DNA of 64,000 nucleotides from positions 2,843-66,842 of the forward strand of contig JAGPCK010000009.1 in NCBI GenBank assembly GCA_018058135.1, in the 5' to 3' direction. The position numbers and the translations under genes are program-made. This DNA is from Bacteroidia bacterium. GTDB lineage: Bacteria; Bacteroidota; Bacteroidia; UKL13-3. Under the pieces are notes generated by a model that was not told the origin of the DNA, did not search any database, and saw only the letters and a list, made by a program, of their open reading frames with translations. Each line of letters starts with the position of its first letter. Position 1 is the first letter of the stretch. Below are positions 17,102-24,954 of this stretch, piece by piece.

Positions 17102-17330
17102 CATCTAAGCGTAGGTTGCGCCTACGCTTACTCTTTTATGTAGCTTGCAGCTACAAACACACATGGCTGGGTTAAATTGCATAAAATTATAGACTACCAA
17201 ACTTTGATTATAAGCTGTAACTCACGCTAACTTAACTCATAAACTAAGGTTTTCTACTTGCTTTTACAGCTTTTTATCACCAGTTTTACATGGCAAAGTG
17301 TGGAGGAGTTTTTCACACTTTGCAGTTACT
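17102..17330 (+). repeat. about 235-bp direct repeat, copy B (its 3' third is an R1 element)
   Basis: See copy A. The two copies flank the 15987-17036 gene. Confidence 0.9.
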
Positions 17331-17369
17331 GGCAATTATTAAAAAAAGACTTTAATCTTAACTAAAAAT

Positions 17370-17837
17370 ATGGAAACAGATGACGGAAGCCCGGCAAGCA
17401 AAATATGGCCATTGGTAAAGTTTACTTTTGTAGTAGACCTGGGTGCAGGTATGAAAAGTGTGGCATTTCTAGAAGTTTCCGGATTGGATGCTGAAAACTC
17501 AACTATTGAATACCGTAAAAGTAATAGCCCGCTCTTCTCCACAGAAAAAATGCCGGGAATAGCTAAGTACCGTAATGTAACTCTGAAAAAAGGTGTATTT
17601 GTAAATGACAATGCTTTTTGGAATTGGTACAATCAAATAATGATGAATACGATTAAAAGGCAAACGATTTTAATAAAACTACTAGATGAAACCGGTGGCG
17701 TAGCCATGCAATGGCAATTAAATAATGCATGGCCAACAAAAATAACAAGCACCGATTTAAAATCTGATGGCAATGAAATAGCAGTTGATACACTTGAGAT
17801 TGCTCACGAACAACTTATCATATCGAATGGCTTGTAA
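17370..17837 (+). CDS. contractile-tail tube protein (T4 gp19 / Afp1-Pvc1-like family), orphan copy
   Basis: WPLVKFTFVVD...FLEVSGLDAENSTIEYRKSNSPLFSTEKMPGIAKYRNVTLKKGVF..DNAFWNWYN...ILIKLLDE...WQLNNAWPTKITSTDLKSDGNEIAVDTLEIAHEQL follows the conserved pattern of eCIS/phage tube proteins nearly block for block. Confidence 0.85.
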   Translation: METDDGSPASKIWPLVKFTFVVDLGAGMKSVAFLEVSGLDAENSTIEYRKSNSPLFSTEKMPGIAKYRNVTLKKGVFVNDNAFWNWYNQIMMNTIKRQTILIKLLDETGGVAMQWQLNNAWPTKITSTDLKSDGNEIAVDTLEIAHEQLIISNGL

Positions 17838-17875
17838 ATAGGGGCACACTTTGTCGTTACCAGGCATCCAAAAAA

Positions 17876-18502
17876 ATGACAACAAACTACTTAATTTCTG
17901 GACTCATAATTGGTTTTTCGGTAGCAGCTCCGGTTGGGCCAATTGGTGTGCTAACAATAAGACGTACATTAACGGAGGGGCGTATCTCAGGTTTTGTTAC
18001 CGGAATGGGAGCGGCAATGGCAGACACAGTTTACGGCATAATCGCAGGCTTCGGACTGACAGCAATTTCCTCATTTCTTTTGACACAAGAATTTTGGTTG
18101 AAATTAATCGGAGGATTGTTTTTACTTTTTTTAGGCATCAAATTTTTTGTAACTAAACCGGCATCAAAAGCTGCGAATGTTCAGAGTAATGGGCTTTTCA
18201 ATAATTTTATTTCAACTTTTTTCTTAACTGTTACTAACCCTACAACCATATTATCCTTCTTAGCCATATTTGCCGGACTTGGCTTAGGTACAACAAAAAC
18301 AGACTATTCATCATCCATCGCACTTGTACTTGGTGTATTTATTGGTTCTGCTTTATGGTGGTTAATATTAAGCTCTATAGTTAGTTTTTTTCAATCTAAA
18401 ATTACACCCGACAGATTGATTTGGATAAACAGACTTTCAGGTTTAATAATAATTTCATTTGGCCTCTTTGCTTTATATTCATGCATGACAATAAAACATT
18501 GA
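17876..18502 (+). CDS. LysE/RhtB-family amino-acid exporter
   Basis: Six hydrophobic helices. The N-terminal AAPVGPIGVLTIRRTL block is typical of the LysE family. Confidence 0.8.
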   Translation: MTTNYLISGLIIGFSVAAPVGPIGVLTIRRTLTEGRISGFVTGMGAAMADTVYGIIAGFGLTAISSFLLTQEFWLKLIGGLFLLFLGIKFFVTKPASKAANVQSNGLFNNFISTFFLTVTNPTTILSFLAIFAGLGLGTTKTDYSSSIALVLGVFIGSALWWLILSSIVSFFQSKITPDRLIWINRLSGLIIISFGLFALYSCMTIKH

Positions 18503-18592
18503 AATGCATTACCACTAAAAGAGACTAGGCAAAAGTGGGGGCTGTGTTTCGCAGACACATTTGAGGTGCTATCCTCATTCTGCGACTAAAGA

Positions 18593-18673
18593 TTCTTTAC
18601 ACTTGCTTTTGTTGCTTTTTATCACCAGTTTTACATTGCAAAGTGTGGGTGAGTTTTTCACACGCTGACGTTA
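18593..18673 (+). repeat. R1 intergenic element (copy c)
   Basis: TTCTTTACACTTGCTTTTGTTGCTTTTTATCACCAGTTTTACATTGCAAAGTGTGGGTGAGTTTTTCACACGCTGACGTTA. Confidence 0.9.
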
Positions 18674-18752
18674 GCGGTCATTGTAAAACGATACTTCAAA
18701 CATAAACTGACAGACAAATAACATTAACTTTGCCAATTAAAAAATTGAAACA

Positions 18753-19145
18753 ATGATAAATTTTGCATACACAATTCTCTATGTAAAAGACGTAGAAAAA
18801 TCCATTAATTTTTACGAAAAAGCATTTGGGTTTTCAAGAAAATTCGTAACACCTGAAAATGACTATGGCGAACTTTTGGTTGGCGAAACAACACTTTCTT
18901 TTTGCTCTTTGACTTTGGCTAACTCAAATTTTAAGGACGGTTTTATTGAAAGTAGTTTGACTAACAAACCTTTTGGAATTGAAATTGGCTTCACGACTGA
19001 CAATGTAGAAGAAACTGTAAAGACCGCAGTAAATGCAGGAGGGACAATACTTGAGCAACCAAAAACAAAACCTTGGGGACAAGTGGTTGCTTACATCCGA
19101 GACCTTGACGGATTTTTAATTGAAATATGCACACCAATGGGCTAA
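18753..19145 (+). CDS. VOC/glyoxalase-family protein
   Basis: The N-terminus INFAYTILYVKDVEKSINFYEKAFGF is typical of glyoxalase/bleomycin-resistance folds. 130 aa. Confidence 0.8.
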   Translation: MINFAYTILYVKDVEKSINFYEKAFGFSRKFVTPENDYGELLVGETTLSFCSLTLANSNFKDGFIESSLTNKPFGIEIGFTTDNVEETVKTAVNAGGTILEQPKTKPWGQVVAYIRDLDGFLIEICTPMG

Positions 19146-19552
19146 CAATGGAAAACCAAACATATAATTTAAATAGCGAAGTAACCAACTTTTTAGACGA
19201 ACTAAATCACCCGTTTAGAAAGGAAATTGAACATTTGCGACTTTGTATATTGACGGCAAATAATGAACTGACTGAAAACATAAAGTGGAATGGACCTAAC
19301 TACTGCTTTAACAATGAGGACAGGATTACGATGAGAGTCCAGCCTCCAACAAAGCAAGCCCAACTAATTTTCCATAGAGGAGCTAAAAAGCAAATTCAAC
19401 CCAAAGACAAACTAATCTCGAATAAAAGTAAAATGTTAGTGTGGAAAGAAATTGACCGAGCAATCGTAACGTTCAAAAGTATGCAAGACATCGAAAATGG
19501 GAAGGTAGAATTAACAAGCATAGTGACTGAGTGGATAAATGCCACGAAATAG
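19127..19552 (+). CDS. DUF1801 (YdhG-like) domain protein
   Basis: FLDELNHPFRKEIEHLRLCIL...ENIKWNGPNYCF. Overlaps the VOC gene by 19 nt. Confidence 0.65.
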   Translation: MHTNGLTMENQTYNLNSEVTNFLDELNHPFRKEIEHLRLCILTANNELTENIKWNGPNYCFNNEDRITMRVQPPTKQAQLIFHRGAKKQIQPKDKLISNKSKMLVWKEIDRAIVTFKSMQDIENGKVELTSIVTEWINATK

Positions 19553-19664
19553 CATAACGAACCACAACTGCCTACTACACTCAAGTTGGGTCGCGCGCTT
19601 CCATGAAAGTGAAGTACTAAATCCAAGCTCTGTACTAAAAGTTTTCCCTTCGTCACTCGACCAT

Positions 19665-19720
19665 GTTTATTTAAGTTGTTCATAAGATCGCTTCGCTTTG
19701 TTGTAACGCGGTTGCAAAAG
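19665..19720. repeat. R3 intergenic repeat, copy 1
   Basis: GTTTATTTAAGTTGTTCATAAGATCGCTTCGCTTTGTTGTAACGCGGTTGCAAAAG. Closely similar to 22317-22372. Confidence 0.85.
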
Positions 19721-19780
19721 AATTTCCGTTTGTTTTGAAAGAGCCCACCCTGCCTCTCTTAGACCTGCACTAATGTTTAT

Positions 19781-19860
19781 ATGCACTTGTTTTTGTTGCT
19801 TTTTATCACCAGTTTTACACTGCAAAGTGTGGGTGAGTTTATTCACACGCTGACGTTGTG
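19781..19860 (+). repeat. R1 intergenic element (copy d)
   Basis: ATGCACTTGTTTTTGTTGCTTTTTATCACCAGTTTTACACTGCAAAGTGTGGGTGAGTTTATTCACACGCTGACGTTGTG. Confidence 0.9.
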
Positions 19861-19909
19861 TTAATTTTATCACAGACCCAGGAAAATGATATTAGTTTAA
19901 TTCTTCAGT

Positions 19910-20863
19910 ATGAAGCAATATGTGTTTTACATTTTAATAGTGATTTTTACTTCTTGCCGTAATGGAGATTCTCACCATATTTCACCGGTTGCCAAAAGCT
20001 ATATTGATGAAGTTATTACTCTATTGCAGAATAATTCAATAAACAAAAACAAGATTAATTGGGAAGATTTTAGAAATGATGTTTATAGACACGCAAAAGG
20101 GTCGAGAACTATAGATCAGACTTATACTTCAATTACTTATGCAATAGACAAATTAGAAGACCATCATAGTTATTTTGCTGCAAATATAGTTTCACAAGAT
20201 ACAAGCGATTTAAAACCACTACCTATTTTGCAGGATGAAATTGTACCCGAAAACATTGGTTATATTAGAATTGGTTTTTGTATGGGTGACGAACAACAGA
20301 AAAATAACTATATCAATTCTATAGTAGACAAAATAGCAAAGCAAGATAAAATAAGACTAAAAGGCTGGATCGTAGATTTGAGGGGAAATTTTGGAGGAGA
20401 TATGGTACCCATGTTAGTCGCAATAGGTCCAATCTTGGGAGAAGGAATATTAGGTTATTTTTTCTATCCCGACAGTTCATTCTATACTTGGAACTATAAA
20501 AATGGATATCTATATGATGAAAATGGTATTTGGTGGGAGCAATCCACTAATTCCTATCATTTAAAATCCCCTAATCCATATGTTGCAATTCTAACAGATA
20601 ATGTTACAGCAAGTTCCGGAGAAGCAGTAGCGATAGCCTTTAAGGGGCGTAATAAAACCAAATCATTTGGAATACCAACATTTGGAGTTTCAACTAGTAA
20701 TCGTTCATATACTTTATCAGATGGTTCCAGAATAAATTTAACAGTAAGTGTATTTGCGGACAGGAATAAAATAAGATATGGAAGTTCCGTATATCCTGAT
20801 GTGGTGTGTGAGGAAAAGGAAACATTGGTAAAAGCGATAAATTGGATATCAACCAAACATTAA
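19910..20863 (+). CDS. S41-family (tail-specific/C-terminal processing type) serine peptidase, lipoprotein
   Basis: DLRGNFGGDM and TASSGEAVAIAFKG blocks. Signal plus Cys (VIFTSC). Confidence 0.75.
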   Translation: MKQYVFYILIVIFTSCRNGDSHHISPVAKSYIDEVITLLQNNSINKNKINWEDFRNDVYRHAKGSRTIDQTYTSITYAIDKLEDHHSYFAANIVSQDTSDLKPLPILQDEIVPENIGYIRIGFCMGDEQQKNNYINSIVDKIAKQDKIRLKGWIVDLRGNFGGDMVPMLVAIGPILGEGILGYFFYPDSSFYTWNYKNGYLYDENGIWWEQSTNSYHLKSPNPYVAILTDNVTASSGEAVAIAFKGRNKTKSFGIPTFGVSTSNRSYTLSDGSRINLTVSVFADRNKIRYGSSVYPDVVCEEKETLVKAINWISTKH

Positions 20864-21046
20864 AAACTACCACCAGCATGGGTTTGGCTTCGTTGATTTT
20901 CATTTGGCAAATGTAGGGCTTTGATGCAAGGCTGAATATTTGTACTTTCTATTAACTTTAGTTTTAAATTTGAGCCTAAGTACATTTTAACACCCACCTT
21001 CGACAAGCACAACCACGTTATGGCTTATTTTAAAAGACACGACCTA

Positions 21047-22174
21047 ATGAAAAAAACCGTTATATCAATATGGCTGATTCTGTTCTCTTTTTATTCAAAC
21101 AAGACCTTTGCACAGCAAACAAAAATTGATGTCACAATTCATTCAAGAGTTGATACAACGAACTTTGACATAAAGGAAGTAGCAATGCTTTGGATAAGTT
21201 ATTTGAACTCCAAACCCGACAGTTTATACGACAATCCCTATTGGAATAGTGCTGAAAAATTTAAGTTCAAACGTTTTGACTTTTCTATGGAATATTTGTA
21301 TCAGTTTCCATCAAGCCAACTGCTTAGGTATTACAAGCCGACTATACTATCAATTGAAAAGGAAGGTGATAATTACGGTATTCGGACTATTTTTTCAGCA
21401 GACGGACTTCCAGAAGAATACAGAAAGTCAAATCCTTGGTGTATCACAAAACTATATGCTGTTAAAGAAAATGGTAAGTGGAAACTTAAAAATTCACTTC
21501 CGATAATTGCAGAAAATTGGGAAAGAAAAACGTTAGGTAAAATAACTTTCATTTATCCACAGCATCATAAATTTAATGATGAGCTTGCTACAAAAGCAAG
21601 TCTGTTCTGTGATGAACTATCAAAAGAATATAAATTCTCCGAATGGCAGCCGTTTGATTTTTACATTACTGGTAGTGGAGATGAGTTAGGTAAACTCCTC
21701 AATTTCGACTTCTTTTATGCTGGCTATACAACAGGAATTGGAATGAATGACAACCGAATATTATTAAGTGGTATGGGTTCAGAATACTATCCACACGAAT
21801 TTATCCACTTAGTAGTTCCAAAACAAAACAGGCACTGGATTATTGAAGAAGGCTTTGCAACCTGGAAAGGTGGACAAGGTGGGAAAATATTTGAAGAAAG
21901 TGCTAAACTATTGGCTATTGAATTGGCTAAAAATGACACCGTAACCTTCTCTGACGTTCTAACCAAAAAATGGGGTTGGCAATATGCTGCATTCTATACA
22001 ACAGGAGCAGTATTTTGTAAAGCTGCCTATAAAAAAGGAGGTGTAGTTTTGGTAAAGAAACTATTGGAAATACCACCTGACGATGAGAAATTAATTGAAG
22101 CTATCTGTAATATATTTGAGATTAATGAAGTAGATATAGATAGTTTTTGGAAAAAAGAGGTATCAAAATTTTAA
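21047..22174 (+). CDS. secreted hypothetical protein with an HExxH motif (possible metallopeptidase)
   Basis: Signal peptide MKKTVISIWLILFSFYSNKTFAQQ. HEFIH at nt 21794-21808. No other recognised motif. An alternative start is ATG 21020. Confidence 0.4.
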   Translation: MKKTVISIWLILFSFYSNKTFAQQTKIDVTIHSRVDTTNFDIKEVAMLWISYLNSKPDSLYDNPYWNSAEKFKFKRFDFSMEYLYQFPSSQLLRYYKPTILSIEKEGDNYGIRTIFSADGLPEEYRKSNPWCITKLYAVKENGKWKLKNSLPIIAENWERKTLGKITFIYPQHHKFNDELATKASLFCDELSKEYKFSEWQPFDFYITGSGDELGKLLNFDFFYAGYTTGIGMNDNRILLSGMGSEYYPHEFIHLVVPKQNRHWIIEEGFATWKGGQGGKIFEESAKLLAIELAKNDTVTFSDVLTKKWGWQYAAFYTTGAVFCKAAYKKGGVVLVKKLLEIPPDDEKLIEAICNIFEINEVDIDSFWKKEVSKF

Positions 22175-22316
22175 ACTAACTAGTATTTGACAGAATAAAA
22201 ACGAGCCATATCGGGTGTTTGGCCAAAAAGCAGGCTGAATGCTTAATGTGCTTTATGCATCGTATCAAGTTCAGTGCTCCGTAATCCGCCACTGCGCAAA
22301 GCTCTCATTGGTCCAC

Positions 22317-22372
22317 GTTTATTCAGGTTGTTCATGAGATTTCTTCGCTTTGTTGTAAAGCGGTTGTAAAAA
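22317..22372. repeat. R3 intergenic repeat, copy 2
   Basis: GTTTATTCAGGTTGTTCATGAGATTTCTTCGCTTTGTTGTAAAGCGGTTGTAAAAA. Confidence 0.85.
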
Positions 22373-22417
22373 ATGTTTATTTGAAATAGAATTTTAAACC
22401 AATAGAATCTAAAATCC

Positions 22418-24040
22418 ATGATAAAAAAAATAGTACTATTAAACCTTTCCCTGATTTTTCTTCTTGCAACAAGTCATGCACAATTTAACTCAAATTCTAT
22501 CGATTGGAACATACCTGAATTAGAATTTAATCCTGAGGATATGGGGAGTGTGTATGGGCCGGGATACTCTCTTGTTGACTTAAACGGAGATGGATTCCCC
22601 GACATGGTTGATTCAAGAGATAATAATTCATCTACCGGCAGTGTTTGGCAAAACAGTTCCCAAAGGTATTGGAAAGTGTATTGGAATAACGGAACGTCAA
22701 TGAGTGCTACTGCTGTAAATTGGAATATACCAGATTTAGAATTTCAACCAGAGGATATGGGAGGCGTGTATGGAGAAGGTTACACGCTTGTTGACTTAAA
22801 TGGAGACGGATTCCCTGATTTGGTTGATTCAAGAGATAATAACTCATCAACCGGCAGTGTTTGGCAAAATGGTCTCCAAAGGTATTGGAAAGTGTATTGG
22901 AATAACGGAACGTCAATGAGTGCAACAGCTGTAAATTGGAACATACCGGATTTAGAATTTCAACCTGAGGATATGGGCGGTGTGAACGGGCCCGGATACG
23001 CACTTGTTGACCTGAACGGAGATGGATTACCTGATCTGGTTGATTCGAGAGATAATAACTCATCAACCGGCAGTGTTTGGCAAAATGGTCTCCAAAGGTA
23101 TTGGAAGGTGTATTGGAATAACGGAACTTCAATAAGTGCAACAGCTGTAGTTTGGAACATACCCGACTTAGAATTTCAACCTGAGGATATGGGAGGCGTG
23201 TATGGAGAAGGTCACACACTTATTGACTTGAACGGAGATGGATTCCCCGACTTGGTTGATACAAGAGATAATAATTCATCAATTGGCAGTGTTTGGCAAA
23301 ATGGTCTCCAAAGGTATTGGAAAGTGTATTGGAATAATGGAACTTCAATCACTGCAACAGCCATAAATTGGAACATACCTGAATTAGAATTTAACCCTGA
23401 AGATATGGGAAGCGTAAATGGGCCCGGATATGCGCTTTTTGACCTGAATGGAGATGGACATCCTGATCTGGTTGATTCAAGAGATAACAATTCATCAACA
23501 GGTAGTGTTTGGCAAAATAGCTCCCAAAGATATTGGAAAGTATATTGGAATAGCGGAACAGCTATAAGTTTAACAGCCATAAATTGGAACATCCCTGAAA
23601 TAGAATTTAACCCCGAGGATATGAGCGTTGTGTATGAACCGGGTTACACACTTGTTGACTTAAACGGAGACGGATTTCCCGATCTGGTTGATTCGAGAGA
23701 TAATAATTCATCAACCGGCAGTGTTTGGCAAAATAGTTCTCAAAGGTATTGGAAAGTGTATTGGAACTTATCTACTACAAGAGTGGAAGAATATGAGTTT
23801 TTTAATGTGAACGTTACGGTTTATCCTAACCCTACTAGCGGTGAGCTAAGTATTGATTTAGGTTCAAGCTACAATAATGTTTCAGTAATTATAAGTAATG
23901 CATTAGGGCAGGTAGTTCAAAGTCAAAATTTTAGTAACTCCAACGTATTGCAACTCAACATACCGGGAGAAGCCGGTGTGTACTTTATTGAAGTAAATTC
24001 CGGTGACAAAAAAGCACGATTAAAGGTGATGAAAAAGTAA
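22418..24040 (+). CDS. secreted protein with six 72-aa FG-GAP/VCBS-like repeats and a T9SS C-terminal sorting domain
   Basis: Signal peptide. Six copies of WNIP(E/D)LEF(N/Q)PEDMG.V.G.GY.LVDLNGDGFPDLVDSRDNNSSTGSVWQN..QRYWKVYWNNGTS. The C-terminus VTVYPNPTSGELSIDL...GVYFIEVNSGDKKARLKVMKK is a Por/T9SS CTD pattern. Confidence 0.8.
   Translation: MIKKIVLLNLSLIFLLATSHAQFNSNSIDWNIPELEFNPEDMGSVYGPGYSLVDLNGDGFPDMVDSRDNNSSTGSVWQNSSQRYWKVYWNNGTSMSATAVNWNIPDLEFQPEDMGGVYGEGYTLVDLNGDGFPDLVDSRDNNSSTGSVWQNGLQRYWKVYWNNGTSMSATAVNWNIPDLEFQPEDMGGVNGPGYALVDLNGDGLPDLVDSRDNNSSTGSVWQNGLQRYWKVYWNNGTSISATAVVWNIPDLEFQPEDMGGVYGEGHTLIDLNGDGFPDLVDTRDNNSSIGSVWQNGLQRYWKVYWNNGTSITATAINWNIPELEFNPEDMGSVNGPGYALFDLNGDGHPDLVDSRDNNSSTGSVWQNSSQRYWKVYWNSGTAISLTAINWNIPEIEFNPEDMSVVYEPGYTLVDLNGDGFPDLVDSRDNNSSTGSVWQNSSQRYWKVYWNLSTTRVEEYEFFNVNVTVYPNPTSGELSIDLGSSYNNVSVIISNALGQVVQSQNFSNSNVLQLNIPGEAGVYFIEVNSGDKKARLKVMKK
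22505..23800 (+). repeat. 6 x 216-bp in-frame tandem repeat inside the CDS
   Basis: The TGG of the WNIP motif recurs at 22505, 22721, 22937, 23153, 23369 and 23585, an exact 216-nt period. Confidence 0.95.
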
Positions 24041-24078
24041 CATTTACCAGCCAGTTAAAGCAATTAAAACCGGAATTA

Positions 24079-24162
24079 ACCTAACGGAAAATGAACTTGT
24101 CAGATATGTTGGATTACACCGATATTATTGCCTTAGGAAGGAACCTCCGGAACCAGTTAAGG
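24079..24162. repeat. 84-bp attC-like element bounded by integron-core-like inverted repeats
   Basis: ACCTAAC (24079-24085) fits RYYYAAC. GTTAAGG (24156-24162) fits GTTRRR. The wider arms TAACCTAAC / GTTAAGGTTA are inverted. Internal pairing is weak by eye. Confidence 0.4.
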
Positions 24163-24190
24163 TTATTGATGTTTAAATAAAAAAATAAAT

Positions 24191-24826
24191 ATGAGATGCA
24201 AAATCATTTTTATTATAATTGTGATAATGTCGATTTCTGGCAATAATTTATTTGGACAAAATCGAATAAATTCAAGACTATTCAGGTTAAAACCACCCCT
24301 CTATAATAGTAAATCAAAAGTTGAGCATATTGATTTATCTATATTCAATATTACAGTCAATAAACCGATTGATAACAGGAGCAAATTTTACGGTGAGATT
24401 GTATACAAGGATAAAAAAGTTCAACAACTGGATGAATTTTATCAATCCCCGACAATGATTGAGATTCAGAAGAAAATGGATTCTGATTTGAGAGCATTTG
24501 GGATGAACAATGCTTTAGATTCAACAAAACGCAAAGTGGAGATTAACACAATTGTAGAAGTCTTTTATCCCGATGTTCGTGGGTTTATTTGGATGAAGTC
24601 ATTTGCTAAAGTCAGATTAAGTATAACAGCAAAATCAAAAGACATTGAATTGATTAACAAAACCTATGAATCTTTCTATATCACAGATGGGAGAGACAAG
24701 GAATTTGAAGGTAGCATGATGATGACAATTGAACAAGGTGCAAATGTGACCATTGGTATTGCGTTAAGAAAAGCACTGGATGAATTTTATGCTGATTTAA
24801 AAGAGAGAATAAAAAACAACCGCTAA
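24191..24826 (+). CDS. hypothetical secreted/lipoprotein
   Basis: N-terminal hydrophobic signal. No recognisable domain. Confidence 0.5.
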   Translation: MRCKIIFIIIVIMSISGNNLFGQNRINSRLFRLKPPLYNSKSKVEHIDLSIFNITVNKPIDNRSKFYGEIVYKDKKVQQLDEFYQSPTMIEIQKKMDSDLRAFGMNNALDSTKRKVEINTIVEVFYPDVRGFIWMKSFAKVRLSITAKSKDIELINKTYESFYITDGRDKEFEGSMMMTIEQGANVTIGIALRKALDEFYADLKERIKNNR

Positions 24827-24856
24827 CACCCGGCTATCCTTAGTCTGTACTAAAGA

Positions 24857-24939
24857 TTTTTTACACTTGCTTTTTCAGCTTTTTATCGCCAGTTTTACAT
24901 TGCAAAGAGTGGAGGAGTTTTTTCACACTCTGGCGTTAC
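24857..24939 (+). repeat. R1 intergenic element (copy e)
   Basis: TTTTTTACACTTGCTTTTTCAGCTTTTTATCGCCAGTTTTACATTGCAAAGAGTGGAGGAGTTTTTTCACACTCTGGCGTTAC. Confidence 0.9.
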
Positions 24940-24954
24940 AAAATAATAAAAATC

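Noticed and set aside
17370-17837. Treating the tail-tube gene as evidence of a prophage or a complete eCIS in this window.
   Set aside because: No sheath, baseplate, spike, terminase, capsid, integrase or lysis gene occurs anywhere in the 64 kb. Only the single tube gene is present.
17851-18156. 101-aa + strand ORF overlapping the start of the LysE gene.
   Set aside because: It lies in an alternative frame of the well-supported LysE-family CDS (17876-18502). It has a Trp/Asn/Arg-rich nonsense composition and no motifs.
22707-23592. Minus-strand ORFs of 66-170 aa inside the FG-GAP repeat gene.
   Set aside because: They are themselves repetitive because they mirror the 216-bp coding repeat. 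They have no independent features. The + strand frame has a signal peptide, coherent domain repeats and a T9SS CTD.
15881-24939. The recurring R1 repeats considered as a possible CRISPR array.
   Set aside because: The copies are about 82 bp long and imperfect. They are separated by 1-5 kb of protein-coding genes rather than by 30-40 bp spacers, and no cas genes are present.
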